This document shows positions 26,407-28,455 of a stretch of DNA of 28,455 nucleotides, one piece after another. The translations under genes were made by a program, and so were the position numbers. The notes under the pieces are model-generated. The model searched no databases. It saw only the letters and a list, made by a program, of their open reading frames with translations, and was not told where the DNA came from. The number at the start of each line of letters is the position of its first letter. The stretch's first letter is position 1. This DNA comes from a virus (Duplodnaviria > Caudoviricetes), in IMG/VR virus record IMGVR_UViG_3300038674_000223, positions 1 through 28,455 of that record. One strand, given 5' to 3'.

Positions 26407-26420
26407 GCTCTCGACTCGCC
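26407..26420 (+). repeat. 14-bp dispersed motif, copy 11
   Basis: Exact match in the 33-nt gap upstream of the LamG gene; a - strand TACAAT lies at 26429-26424. Confidence 0.95.
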
Positions 26421-26421
26421 T

Positions 26422-26697
26422 TTATTGTACCCGTGCAAGCCGGGGGGTTCCAATAGGGGCGTTCTCCAGTTCCCAGATGATCTGGTCCAGGTCGGAGGGG
26501 GCGATGATCTGTGCCTCTGGAAATCCGTGGGTCTTAGCATAGGCCAAGGCGTCCAGTACAACACCAACCAGGGCGTCGGCCCATTCCCCGGCCGTCTCCG
26601 GGGTAGGTGCGTAGATGGGCAGAGTCACAGGTACATCATAGAGCCGAGGCTTGTTGGTAGGTCTTGTTTTCGGTTTCTTAACTGCTTTGCGGGCCAT
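26422..26697 (-). CDS. Hypothetical protein with basic N-terminus
   Basis: ATG 26697 follows GAGGAG; begins MARKAVKKPKTRP. Confidence 0.7.
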   Translation of the reverse strand: MARKAVKKPKTRPTNKPRLYDVPVTLPIYAPTPETAGEWADALVGVVLDALAYAKTHGFPEAQIIAPSDLDQIIWELENAPIGTPRLARVQ

Positions 26698-26753
26698 TTC
26701 AGTTCTCCTCTTCAAGTTTTAGATTTCAGCTTCCAGGCTGTGCTGCAATCTCA

Positions 26754-26981
26754 TCACGACGAACATGGTAGCACCTCCTCGGCAATCTCGTACTGGCCGT
26801 CGTGAATGAGCCGACTGAGTTCAAAACATCGCACAGCCATGCGGTCGAGGTAGCAGGTCAATTCCTCGATGGCGTCATCCCGGCTAGACCCCGGGCCGGC
26901 ATTGATCCACGGGCACACGCCGCCAGCGAGTCTGACGATTGGCGATCCGTCGTGTGTGGACGCCTCTATGACGATCGTCAT
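26754..26981 (-). CDS. Small hypothetical phage protein
   Basis: ATG 26981 follows GGAGGT (alternative start 27041). Confidence 0.6.
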   Translation of the reverse strand: MTIVIEASTHDGSPIVRLAGGVCPWINAGPGSSRDDAIEELTCYLDRMAVRCFELSRLIHDGQYEIAEEVLPCSS

Positions 26982-27021
26982 AGCACCTCCCTGGCAATGT
27001 ACGCGGCCTTCCGTGACGCGA

Positions 27022-27192
27022 TCATCTGTTTGCTGCGTCATTGAGAACCTCTTCGACAGTTATTTCTTCGATTACGATTTCGTCTGGACCGGACAGGGCC
27101 GACCGGACGATTCGCACTGCCTCATCGCGGGCATCTTCAGCGTCCTCGACAGAGACGTTCAGAACGACGGATACCATTACGTTGGTGGGCAT
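27022..27192 (-). CDS. Small acidic hypothetical protein (56 aa, not in the ORF track)
   Basis: AGGAGG then ATG; MPTNVMVSVVLNVSVEDAEDARDEAVRIVRS...; fills the gap between neighbouring genes. Confidence 0.65.
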   Translation of the reverse strand: MPTNVMVSVVLNVSVEDAEDARDEAVRIVRSALSGPDEIVIEEITVEEVLNDAANR

Positions 27193-27380
27193 TGGTCGCC
27201 CTCCTGTTCGTTGGCCAGTTTCAGGGTGACGGTATAGACTCGATAGCGACCGGCAACACCCATCAACCGGCTACGGGCACCGGCTACATACTGGGCCGTG
27301 TCACGGTCGAAGAACAGGCGGCCGTTGAGTACGTCATCGGTGACGCCCGATGACACGACGTAGTAGGTGCCCTCAATCAT
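27177..27380 (-). CDS. Small hypothetical phage protein
   Basis: ATG 27380 follows GGGGAG and overlaps the upstream stop (ATGA). Confidence 0.65.
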   Translation of the reverse strand: MIEGTYYVVSSGVTDDVLNGRLFFDRDTAQYVAGARSRLMGVAGRYRVYTVTLKLANEQEGDQCPPT

Positions 27381-27703
27381 TGGCCGCTCCCCTCTGGCGG
27401 AAGAAGAATCCATGGGACACACATTGCGGTGGACAGACCCATGCTAGATGGCGATCCTGATGTTCCATAGATAGTCACATCGCCTCCCCTGATAACGTAG
27501 ACGGTGGAGAATCCAGCTTGCTTTGCCATTCCACCATTCTCCATATGAGCCAGGGCCTCTGCGAATGGCACCAGCTTCGGTTCGGGCTCGGGCGGCTCGA
27601 AAAGAGCTTCCACTATCTCGTTTCGCAGACTGAAGGCGAGCCCGTTGGGCAGGTAGACGGTAGAGTTATCCCCGCTCAACCAGCGTGCAACCCTACATTC
27701 CAT
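27377..27703 (-). CDS. Hypothetical protein; C-terminal half weakly DUF2829/Tad2-like
   Basis: 3' part of ORF 27377..27982; PFAEALAHMENGG...VPW; start position uncertain. Confidence 0.55.
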   Translation of the reverse strand: MECRVARWLSGDNSTVYLPNGLAFSLRNEIVEALFEPPEPEPKLVPFAEALAHMENGGMAKQAGFSTVYVIRGGDVTIYGTSGSPSSMGLSTAMCVPWILLPPEGSGQ

Positions 27704-27751
27704 CCCTGCATTCACCTTACGTCTCACTGGTTTGTTTATCGCACACCTCCA

Positions 27752-27894
27752 CGCGGACGGCCGGAGTCGAACCGGCTTACTCGTTTGAGGCCCAAGGCTC
27801 ACGCTGCCCGTCGGCAACTGCTTGGGCGGTGTACTCTCGGGTTCTAAGCCCAACCCTACACCGAAGGTCGCGTGTCCCACCACGCCGCATCCGC
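27752..27894 (-). ncRNA. tRNA-like RNA with acceptor, D and T arms but an expanded central domain
   Basis: Acceptor GCGGAUG/CGUCCGC; D-arm GCGU-GGUGGGAC-ACGC; T-arm GCCGG-UUCGACU-CCGGC; ~90-nt insert; no encoded CCA. Confidence 0.75.
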
Positions 27895-27895
27895 A

Positions 27896-28115
27896 TGCCG
27901 GCCTCACACCGGCTCGACCCTCTGGGCTGTCACGCCTAGTTATATGGCGGCGTTCCCTGATCGCGCGGGGCCTGGCATCCATGGGCTTACGCTAATCCGG
28001 CAGTCTCCCCATGGTCTACTGCTCAGCAATGCTCTGCCGCCTGGACACACCAGGCATAGGCCCCTTCTTAGCAATACTGCCGGCCTCACACCGGCTCGAC
28101 CCTCTGGGCTGTCAC
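27896..28115. repeat. Two identical 38-bp direct repeats (27896-27933 and 28078-28115)
   Basis: TGCCGGCCTCACACCGGCTCGACCCTCTGGGCTGTCAC occurs twice. Confidence 0.95.
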
Positions 28116-28157
28116 ACCACACGGCGTACGTTCGGCAGGTGTCGCCAAGGCCCCAAA

Positions 28158-28397
28158 TCACTTGTCGTCGCAAGACACTCCACCATCATGCGCCTGGAGA
28201 ACCTTCCCGAGCCGCATGCGGGCATCTTCCAAGTGACGGTAGGCGAGCATGATGTTCGCTTTCGTCTCGCCATGCTGCCCAATCCAGGCCTGCGGCTCGC
28301 CGAACACTGAATGACCCATCAGCGCGTGGGTATCCATTCCGATCTGCTTGATCGTGGCCCTCAACCGATCGCACTCATCATTAAACTTCGGCTCCAT
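28158..28397 (-). CDS. Small helical phage protein, weakly Acb2/Tad1-hairpin-like
   Basis: RBS AGGAG; KANIMLAYRHLEDARMRLGKVLQA. Confidence 0.7.
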   Translation of the reverse strand: MEPKFNDECDRLRATIKQIGMDTHALMGHSVFGEPQAWIGQHGETKANIMLAYRHLEDARMRLGKVLQAHDGGVSCDDK

Positions 28398-28455
28398 TGG
28401 TCATTCTCCTATTGGCACTATTGCCATGCGGCGGGCCGGATCTGCCCCGGCCTCG

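Noticed and set aside
27752-27894. Standard tRNA gene or tRNA-derived att site
   Set aside because: No anticodon can be assigned, there is no CCA, and no integrase or duplicated 3' end is visible
27704-27982. N-terminal extension of ORF 27377..27982 and other ORFs over 27750-28157
   Set aside because: They run across the tRNA-like element and the repeats, which are better explained as non-coding RNA
27896-28115. 38-bp direct repeats as a CRISPR array
   Set aside because: Only two copies, a 144-nt structured spacer and no cas genes in the window

Overview
This window is a ~28 kb piece of a GC-rich, short-tailed (podovirus-like) dsDNA phage or prophage. The + strand carries a virion morphogenesis operon: a TerS-like gene (5'-truncated), TerL, three small paralogous beta-rich proteins, portal, scaffold, major capsid, adaptor, two C1q/BclA-like proteins, a nozzle-like protein and five probable ejection proteins. 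A convergent - strand block follows, with a LamG/ConA-like protein, small accessory genes (two weakly resembling anti-defence sponge families) and a structured ncRNA cluster that includes a tRNA-like RNA. The main unexplained signal is a 14-bp asymmetric motif, GCTCTCGACTCGCC, present in 11 exact copies (10 on +, 1 on -), in several reading frames and often just upstream of start codons. A - strand sigma70-like promoter has its predicted +1 at the first base of the motif's reverse complement. This would give a ~100-nt two-hairpin RNA whose 5' 14 nt are antisense to the other copies; a protein operator is the alternative reading. Functional calls rest on motifs read by eye and on gene order; no database searches were run.
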